Of a DNA stretch of 64,000 nt, positions 45,881 to 54,740 are shown in pieces. How positions within the stretch are numbered: the first letter of the stretch is position 1; each line of letters begins with the position of its first letter. The notes under the pieces are model-generated. The model did no database searches and had not been told where the DNA came from. It saw only the letters and a list, made by a program, of their open reading frames with translations. The stretch covers positions 380 to 64,379 of the forward strand of contig CAZZLD010000008.1 in the NCBI GenBank assembly GCA_964655075.1, in the 5' to 3' direction. Position numbers and translations under genes: made by a program. This DNA is from an uncultured Candidatus Bathyarchaeia archaeon (lineage in GTDB: Archaea; Thermoproteota; Bathyarchaeia; Bathyarchaeales; Bathyarchaeaceae).

Positions 45881-48337
45881 TTAAGTGGTTTTGCGCAAGC
45901 GTTTCGTCAAGATCGCGATAACTAAAGTGCCTACCAACAGCGGCAGAATTATGAATGTTGAAAACTCAGGAAACACCGTTGTGCCATAGATTATGACTGG
46001 GTGAGTGCTATGACTGAAGGTGAAGTAAAGGAAAGAGTGCGTAGCATTTTGCGTCAACGTCGGAGTTACGGGCAAATAATCAACTGAGACTGTATACGGT
46101 CCTCCAAGAAGTTCGTTGGGAATTGTAACGTTACAGAAGCCCACAGTGCCTGAAGCCCCGGTAACGTTGAAACCTACCGATTTATTTTCTCTATCAAAGA
46201 CAAAAGTTGAAGGGTAAACAGTAGAGTTGGTATCGACTATAACGTTAAAGGTCCTGTTGTCCACAACAATGGGAAAAGTGTAGATTTCTGATGTCCCATA
46301 ATAGCAGGTTGACCAGAGGTCCACGCCATAGTTGCTATTGAAGTACCAGCCTTGCAGCCATGACGAACGCACAAAGAATTCAGCATCGTGCCACCAAACC
46401 ATGTACATCAAGACCTCATTTGCCAACGTGTTCATTTCGTTGCTAACTCTCACCAGTTCGGTTACGTTGCCTGCTGCGTCAGCGGCAACGGCTTGCGCGT
46501 AGAGGTCATCCAGCGCAGTTATGTTCCATTGGTTCCAACTAGGATATGCACCCCTTGAATAATACATTGGTTGCAACCAATCCAAAACGTGGTTGAAGTC
46601 TCCGATCCAGCCACCCATGTACGAGTCAATCTGGTGCCTGGAGGCCAAAGTGTATTGTTGACCGCCTGGAACAAGCACAACTTCCCAAGTCAGACCATAA
46701 ATTCTCCGACTTATTGCGTTCAGATTATCAACCATCGTAGTTAGAACCTTTATGAATGTCTCTGCTGCCGTTTGCACATAAATCCTGATAGTCTTTGGAT
46801 TATGCGTAGAAAATGAGTTGTCAACCACTCCAGCCGGAATCTTTGTTCCGTTGTAGTAGTACATGTCGTAGTCCGTGCTGTTCAGCGGGTTCGCGTAGGC
46901 ATCACTGATCAGTTCCGCAGCCTTTATTAAGTTGAAGGAGAATGTCGGCCCAATGTCTGGGTTATAAGAGCCTGCTGGCGCTGTTCCCGGTGGAATAATG
47001 TTCTTTGCTAAGAGACTCAGCCTGTAGTTGATGTTTATGTTGGCGTAAGTCATGTTAACCGCGCAGGCTGCGGCCATTCTCAGCCTCCAGTCAGAGAAGG
47101 GCTGCCATGACCTGAATGAGCCGTCGGTGTTGGTGACGTTGGTATTGAAGTCGAGCCACCAAGTGTTGAATGTTGGATATACTCCGTGAACGGTCACACC
47201 CGAAATTATGGAAGATAGAACTCCATCGTCGATCCAAGTGTCTCGGTCAATCACAGAGAATATGTTAGCTTCAGGAACCTGTATTGCAGTAACGTCTCCG
47301 TTCTTCAAGTCGAGCAGCCTCGTCGTGAAGCTAGGCTGATTTCTGAATTCTATTGTCTCTATCCTCGTCTTGCCCGCTGGCGGCAAGTTCATGTCGTTTG
47401 GACCGCCCCAATAGTCGCCGTAAGCCTTCAAGATAATATCGTAGGTGAATGGATCAGCACTTTCAACGTAGTAGGGGCCTGTGCCAAAGGTCCAACCGTC
47501 TTCTGGCATGTTAAAGTAAGTGTCTCCGTCACCAGCTCTGTGTATGAAGTATGTGGTGTAGTCTCTATCCCATCTTCCCCATCCGCCGTATTCATAGTCT
47601 TTTCTAACGGTTTCGGTGGGCGAAACTATGCCCGCCCAAGGTCCTGCCATAATGGGTAGAAACTGTGTGGTTGGAGTGGCTATGTTTAGCCTAACCTTGT
47701 AAGTGCCCAGTATTTCCACGAAGTTCAAGGCCAAAACGTCCGCAACCCAGCTTGCGTCATATGATGGATTAGCTCCCATGGCGGAGAAGACATTTCCGTC
47801 AGGATCGAGTAGTTGTTGAACCATCCATCCCGCTTGGCTTCCATGCACCGGAGCGACGGGACCGCCGCTTGTGGCATCCATCATGAGAAGCCTGTTAAGG
47901 CTGAACCACACGGCTATCGCGTTGAACGGAGTTCCATCCTGAAACGTTATTCCCTGCCGCAAAGTGAAGTTGTAGTGCAATCCGTCATCGCTGACTGTAT
48001 AGCTCTCCGCTAACCACGGAATAACTTCAGTGGAGCTGCTCCCGTTATACCACAGCAACATCTCAACGCTATGCCAAAGGGTCCAATAGTCAAATTGATA
48101 GTAGGAAACGTGGGGATCCATCCACTGGAAGCTGTTCCCAGACTCGTAAATCAACTTGTTATCTGCGACAAAGCTTGGAACTTCAGCTTGAATCTGTTCA
48201 GAGTCAACAACATAAAAGTTAGCCGCGTGAGAAGACATAGCTTCAGCCACGTGGAAAACCGTAAGAATGGTCAAGAGTGCAAACAGGACCACTACGTATG
48301 CCGACAGGCGTCTCGTTTTTAGAATTTCCATTTCCAC
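45881..48337 (-). CDS. family-5 (Opp/Dpp-type) substrate-binding protein with extra C-terminal domain and PEF-CTERM anchor
   Basis: 818 aa. Signal peptide. IPWLAESYTVSDDGLHYNFTLRQGITFQDGTPFNA SBP_bac_5 signature. C-terminus FPEFSTFIILPLLVGTLVIAILTKRLRK. Confidence 0.75.
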   Translation of the reverse strand: MEMEILKTRRLSAYVVVLFALLTILTVFHVAEAMSSHAANFYVVDSEQIQAEVPSFVADNKLIYESGNSFQWMDPHVSYYQFDYWTLWHSVEMLLWYNGSSSTEVIPWLAESYTVSDDGLHYNFTLRQGITFQDGTPFNAIAVWFSLNRLLMMDATSGGPVAPVHGSQAGWMVQQLLDPDGNVFSAMGANPSYDASWVADVLALNFVEILGTYKVRLNIATPTTQFLPIMAGPWAGIVSPTETVRKDYEYGGWGRWDRDYTTYFIHRAGDGDTYFNMPEDGWTFGTGPYYVESADPFTYDIILKAYGDYWGGPNDMNLPPAGKTRIETIEFRNQPSFTTRLLDLKNGDVTAIQVPEANIFSVIDRDTWIDDGVLSSIISGVTVHGVYPTFNTWWLDFNTNVTNTDGSFRSWQPFSDWRLRMAAACAVNMTYANININYRLSLLAKNIIPPGTAPAGSYNPDIGPTFSFNLIKAAELISDAYANPLNSTDYDMYYYNGTKIPAGVVDNSFSTHNPKTIRIYVQTAAETFIKVLTTMVDNLNAISRRIYGLTWEVVLVPGGQQYTLASRHQIDSYMGGWIGDFNHVLDWLQPMYYSRGAYPSWNQWNITALDDLYAQAVAADAAGNVTELVRVSNEMNTLANEVLMYMVWWHDAEFFVRSSWLQGWYFNSNYGVDLWSTCYYGTSEIYTFPIVVDNRTFNVIVDTNSTVYPSTFVFDRENKSVGFNVTGASGTVGFCNVTIPNELLGGPYTVSVDYLPVTPTLTQNATHSFLYFTFSHSTHPVIIYGTTVFPEFSTFIILPLLVGTLVIAILTKRLRKTT

Positions 48338-48452
48338 TCGTTATAATAGTCTGTACATGAGGTATTTAGCTTTTATACCTTCGCAGTTTTTAATGCACAG
48401 CCAAAACAAGCGGATTTAGTAGCTTTATGCAAGAATTTGCTTATTGCGGATT

Positions 48453-49079
48453 TTAGGTTAGGATTTGTTTTTTCTGTTGGTCTGTTAACGCCTTGTAGCC
48501 TTTCTGGTCGATTATGGCTACGTCGAAGCTGTCTCCGCTGGCTGAATCCCGCTTCATAGCCGAATCCACCGCCTTAACCACCACAGGAAGAAGCCCCTCC
48601 ACCAAAACATCCTCCTTATACTGATCCTCCAAAACGCCGTAAGCAATAGGCGAACCCGAACCCGTAGCCACACATTTTTCCTCAGCGAGACTACCCAGAG
48701 GATCAACCGTGAAAACGTGAAAACCACTGTCGTCAACGCCGCCCACGATAACCTGCGTAAGCAAAGTTCCACGAGCCGAAAACAGCACGTTAGCGATGAT
48801 GCGAGCCGCTGACTGAACAGGCATACGCCGCCCCATGTTAAGCTCATAAAGCCTAGCGTTAACCGTAAGCATCTCCACCGTCCACTGAGCGTCGGCTACA
48901 CCACCAGCAATCGTCATAGCCAAATGATCCGCAACCTTGTAAATCTTCTTCCCCCGCTTATGTGCCACAAAAGTCCCCATCGTAACCCGCGTGTCAGAGG
49001 CTAAAATAACGCCGTCTCGGCAAACCACGCCAATAGTGGTGGTGCCCTTCAGAGCCAACTTATCGCGAATTTCACTCAA
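48453..49079 (-). CDS. psmB: proteasome beta subunit
   Basis: Propeptide followed by the Thr1 context KG/TTTIGVVCRDGVILASD. Full length, 208 aa. Confidence 0.9.
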   Translation of the reverse strand: MSEIRDKLALKGTTTIGVVCRDGVILASDTRVTMGTFVAHKRGKKIYKVADHLAMTIAGGVADAQWTVEMLTVNARLYELNMGRRMPVQSAARIIANVLFSARGTLLTQVIVGGVDDSGFHVFTVDPLGSLAEEKCVATGSGSPIAYGVLEDQYKEDVLVEGLLPVVVKAVDSAMKRDSASGDSFDVAIIDQKGYKALTDQQKKQILT

Positions 49080-49212
49080 CTCCCATTTCCCCTCAGAGAG
49101 AAACCAAGCGAAAATGAATACATGAAAACGTGGTATAAAAGATTACCTCTAGAGAACGGCTTTAAGAAAGTTTTAAATTGTCCACCATTGAGTTGTAAGC
49201 AGGTGCAACAAG

Positions 49213-49920
49213 ATGATAGGCGCAGTAATCTTCGTAATATTCTTCCTAATCTTCACCCTAATATCCGCCCTAATCTACACCGACCTACCGCCAGCCGCCA
49301 TAATACTCGAATTGTTCGGCATAACCATGACCGGAATTCAATACGGCGACTGGATAATCGGCCTCATAAACGGCGTAATCTACGGCTTCATAATCTGGCT
49401 CATCTACAGCATAATCAGACTCGCCACAAGAAGAGAAAAACCCGAACGCGTAATCGTTAAACCCGTTGTTACACCAGCCAAGCCAGCAGTGACAGCAAGG
49501 GCACCCTCCACGCTAGACCGAGGAATAGAAGACATCGAAGGAATAGGGCCCTCCTACGCGGAGAAACTGAAAGGCGCCAACATAACAACCATAAAAGACC
49601 TGCTGAAGGCAGGCGGCACCAAAAAAGGAAGAGAAACACTGACGAAGATAGTCGGCGCGTCCGAGAAAACCGTGCTCAAGTGGGTCAACCGTGCAGACCT
49701 CTTCCGCATAAAAGGCATAGGCAAAGAATACTCCGAGCTCCTGGACGTGGCGGGCGTCAACACCGTAGTCGAACTCTCCAGAAGAAACGCAGAAAGCTTA
49801 CGCGAGAAACTGGAAGAAGTCAACGTGGAAAAGAGAATCGTGAAGCAGCTACCGTCTGTTGACACCCTCAACGAATGGATAAAACGCGCCAAAAGGCTGA
49901 AACGCCGAGTGGAATACTAA
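49213..49920 (+). CDS. membrane-anchored DUF4332 (tandem HhH) protein
   Basis: N-terminal TM helices. IEGIGPSYAEKLKGANITTIKDLL and IKGIGKEYSELLDVAGVNTVVELS. Confidence 0.6.
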   Translation: MIGAVIFVIFFLIFTLISALIYTDLPPAAIILELFGITMTGIQYGDWIIGLINGVIYGFIIWLIYSIIRLATRREKPERVIVKPVVTPAKPAVTARAPSTLDRGIEDIEGIGPSYAEKLKGANITTIKDLLKAGGTKKGRETLTKIVGASEKTVLKWVNRADLFRIKGIGKEYSELLDVAGVNTVVELSRRNAESLREKLEEVNVEKRIVKQLPSVDTLNEWIKRAKRLKRRVEY

Positions 49921-50007
49921 ACCGCAAACCCGATTTCTGTTACCGATGCACTTAAAAACCACCAAAAACCAAAAATACCGATCGGAAACGCCGAGCCGTG
50001 AGAACCC

Positions 50008-51063
50008 TTGAGTAAAAGTCTCCATCGAATGGAGCTTCCTAGAGAGGTTATCGTGGGAGAAGGAACCCTCGACCTCGTGCCTGAAATATGCAAAAAACTC
50101 GGATTCCGCAAATCCGCCTACATGGTAACAGGGTCAAAAACCTACCGCATCGCAGGCAAAAAAATCATCGACCTCCTAGAAGACGCTGGCATACAAGTCA
50201 ACTACCACACCATCTCCACCAACACCCCGTGGAACGTAAGGGTAGTTGAAGAAAAAATCAAAGAACTAAAACCCCGCGTGATCCTCGGCGTCGGAGGAGG
50301 AACCAAAATCGACGTAGCCAAACTCAGCAGCGCCCGCCGAAACACACCCTTCATAAGCATACCCACAACCGCCTCCCACGACGGAATCGCCAGCCCCTTC
50401 GCCTCCCTCAAAGGACTAAAAACACCCTTCTCCCTAGCAGCCCAAGCCCCCATGGCCATCATCGCAGACACAGACATCATCAAACAGGCGCCTCACCGAT
50501 TTGCAGCAAGCGGATGCGGAGACGTCGTTTCCAAGCTAACGGCCGTCAACGACTGGAAGATGGCCCACGAAACGCAAAATGAGTATTACGGCGAGTACGC
50601 AGCTAGCCTAGCCCTCATGAGCGCCAAGCTGATTATGGAAAACGCCGAGTTGATCAAACCCGGCGAGGAGGAAGGCGTCCGCGTCCTGTTGGAGGCGCTG
50701 ATCAGCTGCGGCGTCGCCATGAGCATCGCGGGAAGCAGCAGACCGTGCAGCGGCTCAGAGCACCTGTTCACCCACGCGTTGGACATGATCTCGCCTAACC
50801 ATGCCATGCACGGGGAAGAATGCGGCGTCGGAACCATAATGATGGCTTACCTCCACAGGAAAAACTGGCAACGAATCAAGTGCACATTGGAGAAAGTGGG
50901 AGCCCCGACCACGGCTAAAGAACTCGGCGTAGACCCAAAACACATCATTGATGCTCTGGTGCAGGCACGCACCATCAGACCTGAACGGTACACTATCTTA
51001 GAGAAGAAAAACCTTGACCGCGACGCAGCCGAAAAAATCGCAGACGCCACAGGCATAATCTAA
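50008..51063 (+). CDS. egsA: glycerol-1-phosphate dehydrogenase [NAD(P)+]
   Basis: LPREVIVGEG..., GVGGGTKIDVAK, TTASHDGIASP. Archaeal lipid-backbone enzyme. Confidence 0.85.
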   Translation: MSKSLHRMELPREVIVGEGTLDLVPEICKKLGFRKSAYMVTGSKTYRIAGKKIIDLLEDAGIQVNYHTISTNTPWNVRVVEEKIKELKPRVILGVGGGTKIDVAKLSSARRNTPFISIPTTASHDGIASPFASLKGLKTPFSLAAQAPMAIIADTDIIKQAPHRFAASGCGDVVSKLTAVNDWKMAHETQNEYYGEYAASLALMSAKLIMENAELIKPGEEEGVRVLLEALISCGVAMSIAGSSRPCSGSEHLFTHALDMISPNHAMHGEECGVGTIMMAYLHRKNWQRIKCTLEKVGAPTTAKELGVDPKHIIDALVQARTIRPERYTILEKKNLDRDAAEKIADATGII

Positions 51064-51821
51064 CCAGTTTTCTCTTTCTCGGGTTTTCTGGCCTTTTTAG
51101 TCTCTTTTGGCGCCTCAGGTTTCGCTTCAGCGGGTTCCGGCTTCTTGAACACTTCGATGAACTTCACGATGGTTAACTGCGGGAAGAACTTCTGGATGTC
51201 CACGGCGATGCCTCTCTTCGCAAGCTGAAGTCCTTCAACGTACAGCGCCTCCTCCGGCACGCTCACAGCAACCTCTTTTTGCCCTGTCTCTAAGCTGAAC
51301 TTGTTTACGTCCACCCTTGGAATCCTGCGGTGAATAAGCGCTGAAATTTTTTGCGCCCTTGTGGTAAGCCTTTTCTTAACCGTGACCTCGTAAAGCAAGG
51401 TTTTGCCCGCCAACGGCGGATTGAAGTCGAGTTGAATTCTGCCGGATCCCGTGGTTCGCACCGTAGCGGGTTTTCCGTCCCATTCTATGCGCAGTCCCGG
51501 GCGGGGGGTAATTCCGCGGGCGGTCAGCCTCCTCAGGGAAACCATCCTGACCTTTTCGGGGTCGCGGTTTCCGAAGGCTTTCTCCGGCGGTATATCCACA
51601 GACGCAGCTTTTCCTAACTCGAAGGTCGGGAAGCTCTCGTCTAGTGCCTTGAGCATCCATCCTTCGCCGACCACTATCAGCGTAGGCTCGTAGATTTCTT
51701 CGGCTTTGTAGACCCCCTTGCTTTTCGCCACCTCTTCGAGGGTGGTGTCGAAGACTTCCCCTGTTTCTTTGACGCTTCCCGTGTAGTCGATAAGTATGAA
51801 ATCGCCTTTCTTAATGGGCAT
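51060..51821 (-). CDS. long-type FKBP peptidyl-prolyl isomerase
   Basis: GDFILIDYTGSVKETGEVFDTT... plus an IF/C-terminal domain and a Lys/Glu/Pro tail. Confidence 0.8.
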   Translation of the reverse strand: MPIKKGDFILIDYTGSVKETGEVFDTTLEEVAKSKGVYKAEEIYEPTLIVVGEGWMLKALDESFPTFELGKAASVDIPPEKAFGNRDPEKVRMVSLRRLTARGITPRPGLRIEWDGKPATVRTTGSGRIQLDFNPPLAGKTLLYEVTVKKRLTTRAQKISALIHRRIPRVDVNKFSLETGQKEVAVSVPEEALYVEGLQLAKRGIAVDIQKFFPQLTIVKFIEVFKKPEPAEAKPEAPKETKKARKPEKEKTG

Positions 51822-51872
51822 CTTAAATCCCTGTGCCTTTTTACTTACTTAGATTTAAACCTTTAACCTTTT

Positions 51873-52559
51873 TCAGTATAAGGACTTCAGCTTCACTTCG
51901 ATTTTTTCGTCAAAATCCGCTAGGGCGTAGCGTCCGTGTCTCGCCGGTCCCGGGTTAACTATGAGCGTGTTGCCTATTTTGTCGATGCCTGTTGCCTCGT
52001 GAACGTGCCCGCAGAACACGATGGAAGGCTTGTTTTTTTCGATGAACTGCCTGAGAGCAGAACTGCCGATGTGTTCACCTGAGTAAACCGTGTCCAACTT
52101 TGTGTCTTTAGGCGGATGATGGGAAACCACAACTAGCCAGCGGCGTTCCGCAGCGTGTTCGAAACCTCGGTTCAACACTTCCTCGAGCTGTTCATCCGTT
52201 ATCTCAAAAGGGGTGTAAAAGGGGCTGACGAGTCCGCCTCCGACGCCCACAAACGTCGCATTCTCGTAAGCTTCGCTTGAACCATGGATGCAGTGGGCAC
52301 CTTCGATGTCGACGCCGGTTAACGACGGCGGGTCGCAGTTGCCGGGCACAAACAGAACAGGCAACCGCAGCTTAACTAAAGGCTTTAACAGCGCCTTCGC
52401 CTCTTGAACTGAGCCGAAGTGGGTGATGTCGCCGCAAACAACCACGATGTCTACACGTAAATCTTTCGCTTCCGCAGCTACTTCTCGAAAGATCTGCATG
52501 TTTCCGTGAAAATCAGAGGCTGCGAGAACCTTCAACTGATAATCAACCCAGATTAACAA
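51873..52559 (-). CDS. metallophosphoesterase (YfcE/MJ0936-like)
   Basis: ASDFHGN, CGDITHFG, GNCD, VVSHHPP, GHVHE motifs. Confidence 0.8.
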   Translation of the reverse strand: MLIWVDYQLKVLAASDFHGNMQIFREVAAEAKDLRVDIVVVCGDITHFGSVQEAKALLKPLVKLRLPVLFVPGNCDPPSLTGVDIEGAHCIHGSSEAYENATFVGVGGGLVSPFYTPFEITDEQLEEVLNRGFEHAAERRWLVVVSHHPPKDTKLDTVYSGEHIGSSALRQFIEKNKPSIVFCGHVHEATGIDKIGNTLIVNPGPARHGRYALADFDEKIEVKLKSLY

Positions 52560-52665
52560 AAACGGGCTTCATATTTAAAACTGTGGAGAGCTTCGATGTT
52601 AACATGTGACAAATAGAATGTTTAGTGAGTGAATCAACGGTTGATGTTTGTTTAGGCTTAAACGT

Positions 52666-52848
52666 TCACTCGATGACTTTGATGGCGCTTTGGGGGCACT
52701 GGACCTCACATGCCATGCAAACGAGGCATTCTTCAGGTCTCACCGCCACAGACTTCCCGTTTTTGATCTCAAAGACCTCTACGGGACAAACATCAACGCA
52801 GGTTCCGTCTCCATCACATTTTTCTAAATCGATTTCGATCTTAGCCAT
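52666..52848 (-). CDS. 2x[4Fe-4S] ferredoxin
   Basis: CDGDGTCVDVCP and CLVCMACEVQCP clusters. Confidence 0.85.
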   Translation of the reverse strand: MAKIEIDLEKCDGDGTCVDVCPVEVFEIKNGKSVAVRPEECLVCMACEVQCPQSAIKVIE

Positions 52849-52909
52849 GCAACAGTCCTCCTTAGAGTTTAGTCAAATTGATGATCTCAGATAAAAATGT
52901 TTGGTTGTT

Positions 52910-54679
52910 CTAGTGGATTTCGGTTCTTAGGCGCAGGAGCATTCCGTCAATGGTAACCCTCGCTTTTTCCCTTCTGCGGTGATAGTCCGCTAGGAGTCGG
53001 TGGTAGGCTTCTGAGGAGATTTGTCCACGGCGGCGGCGGATTTCAATTCTTCGGATGTCGCCTTCTAAGCCTTCAAGTTCAGTTTCGGCAACCTCAATCC
53101 GTCTCACCATATTCGCATATCCCGGACCGGACTTCTGCATCTTTTCTTTCAGGTCCGTTAAGTTGCGGGATAAGTTAGAGAGACGCCCCTCAAGAGTTCT
53201 TCTTCGCAGCTTATACCGCCGTCTCGGAATCCTGCCCTTCCGCACTTGGCGTTCCATCGTTTCAAGCTGCGCTGAGATTCTTTCCCTTTCCTCATATGCG
53301 TCCACAAAACTTCTTAGAACTTCTGGGGAGACGGGAATAACGGGAATCGTGGGTCTTGGGGCACGCCAGAGTAATGCTATGCCGAACACGGCAGCAACCA
53401 CTAGTCCTGTTAAAATCGTTGGACGGAAAGAAGCCCAAAAGACGGGGTGCTTGTATGCAATGGAGAAGTTGAGGTTGTTGAGTTCTGTGACGTTGTAAAG
53501 AGCGTAGGTTACCTCATCACGAAACACTCCTTTTTGCACGGCAGCTGGTTCCGCAGAGGAAAGCTCAGAAACGAAATTGGCGCCTTCAGGCAATGTTACG
53601 GTCACGGTTAAGTTTCTTATGACCCAGCTGAAACGTTCAGAGAAGGCAAACGTTAAGTTAAGATCGCTCAAACCGCGCGGGGTGATGTACACCTCTCGTG
53701 GAAGCTTGTAGGTTACCGTGAATTCCTCAGACTCGCCTGCTTCCATCGCTGTTCTGAAGGTCACTGTCACGTTTGAATATGTAGTTGCGTTCCCTTCGTT
53801 TGCCTTCACTCCGCTCAGTGGAGCCATTAGATCGTGTGCTGCCACATCATAGGCGCCTTTAGGCAAGCCGAGGGATATGCTCGTGACTTCTCCCGCGGCT
53901 TTGTTGGTTATGTGATAGAAGTCGGAAACGTGGATTTGCCCCATGGTGTCTATGGTTATCTCTCGTCTCATTTCGTTGTTTTCAACTAGGAGGAAGGTTG
54001 TTTCCGCAGTGAATGTTATCCAGGCGGGCTCTCTACTGAAGCTTTCGAGAGCGCCCTCATGGGCGTAGCTTAAGATTTCGCTGGAGCCGACCGTGGTTGC
54101 GGTAAAGTTGTGAGAGCCAGTGGCGTAAGTGAGGCCCGCCAAGAGAACAACGGTAACGTTGCACCTTGAGGCTTCTTCATTTAGGCTTGGGTACAAGGGA
54201 AAGGTAAAGTTAAACGTGCTTTGAGCAGTTGCGGAGATAAGGTCGGAGAACAAGGAGACCACCGTGAAGGAGTATGACCCGCCGTCGCTCACGTTAACCG
54301 ACGGTAACGCAACATTCATCCCGTAGAAGCCGATTCTTCCCAATCCGACATCTAGCGCTAAATCTAACTTCGCGTCAGGGTTTGAATCGGCATAGGCAAA
54401 ACAGTAATGTAGGTTAGGTTTGTATCCGTAGGGGAAGCCTAATGAAAAGTTCCGTATCAGCGCCGCGTTTTCTCCGGGATTAGTGGACAGCGTTATAGTG
54501 TCGTTTATGATCACTGTTCCCGTGTTTTTAATTTCAATTGTGCGATCAACTTGGATGTTTACGGGGTTTGAGGGAGATGTTTGAGCGCTGGCGGTTGTGA
54601 ATGAGCCTAGGGAACTGAGCGCCAAGAGTAGGAGGAAGGTGAACGTAAGCATAAGCGGTGTTAATCGCCCAATTTTCAC
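52910..54679 (-). CDS. ribophorin I (OST1)-like type-I membrane protein
   Basis: Signal peptide, ~415-aa extracytoplasmic domain, one TM (LTGLVVAAVFGIALLW), ~170-aa coiled-coil tail. VDRTIEIKNTGTV, REITIDTMGQIHVSDFYHITNKAAG and LTVTVTLPEGANF parallel eukaryotic ribophorin I segments. Confidence 0.5.
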   Translation of the reverse strand: MKIGRLTPLMLTFTFLLLLALSSLGSFTTASAQTSPSNPVNIQVDRTIEIKNTGTVIINDTITLSTNPGENAALIRNFSLGFPYGYKPNLHYCFAYADSNPDAKLDLALDVGLGRIGFYGMNVALPSVNVSDGGSYSFTVVSLFSDLISATAQSTFNFTFPLYPSLNEEASRCNVTVVLLAGLTYATGSHNFTATTVGSSEILSYAHEGALESFSREPAWITFTAETTFLLVENNEMRREITIDTMGQIHVSDFYHITNKAAGEVTSISLGLPKGAYDVAAHDLMAPLSGVKANEGNATTYSNVTVTFRTAMEAGESEEFTVTYKLPREVYITPRGLSDLNLTFAFSERFSWVIRNLTVTVTLPEGANFVSELSSAEPAAVQKGVFRDEVTYALYNVTELNNLNFSIAYKHPVFWASFRPTILTGLVVAAVFGIALLWRAPRPTIPVIPVSPEVLRSFVDAYEERERISAQLETMERQVRKGRIPRRRYKLRRRTLEGRLSNLSRNLTDLKEKMQKSGPGYANMVRRIEVAETELEGLEGDIRRIEIRRRRGQISSEAYHRLLADYHRRREKARVTIDGMLLRLRTEIH

Positions 54680-54740
54680 TTAATCCACCAGATTAGCCTT
54701 GATTACGTAAGTTTTAGCCTTTTTATTACTTTGCTTCCTT

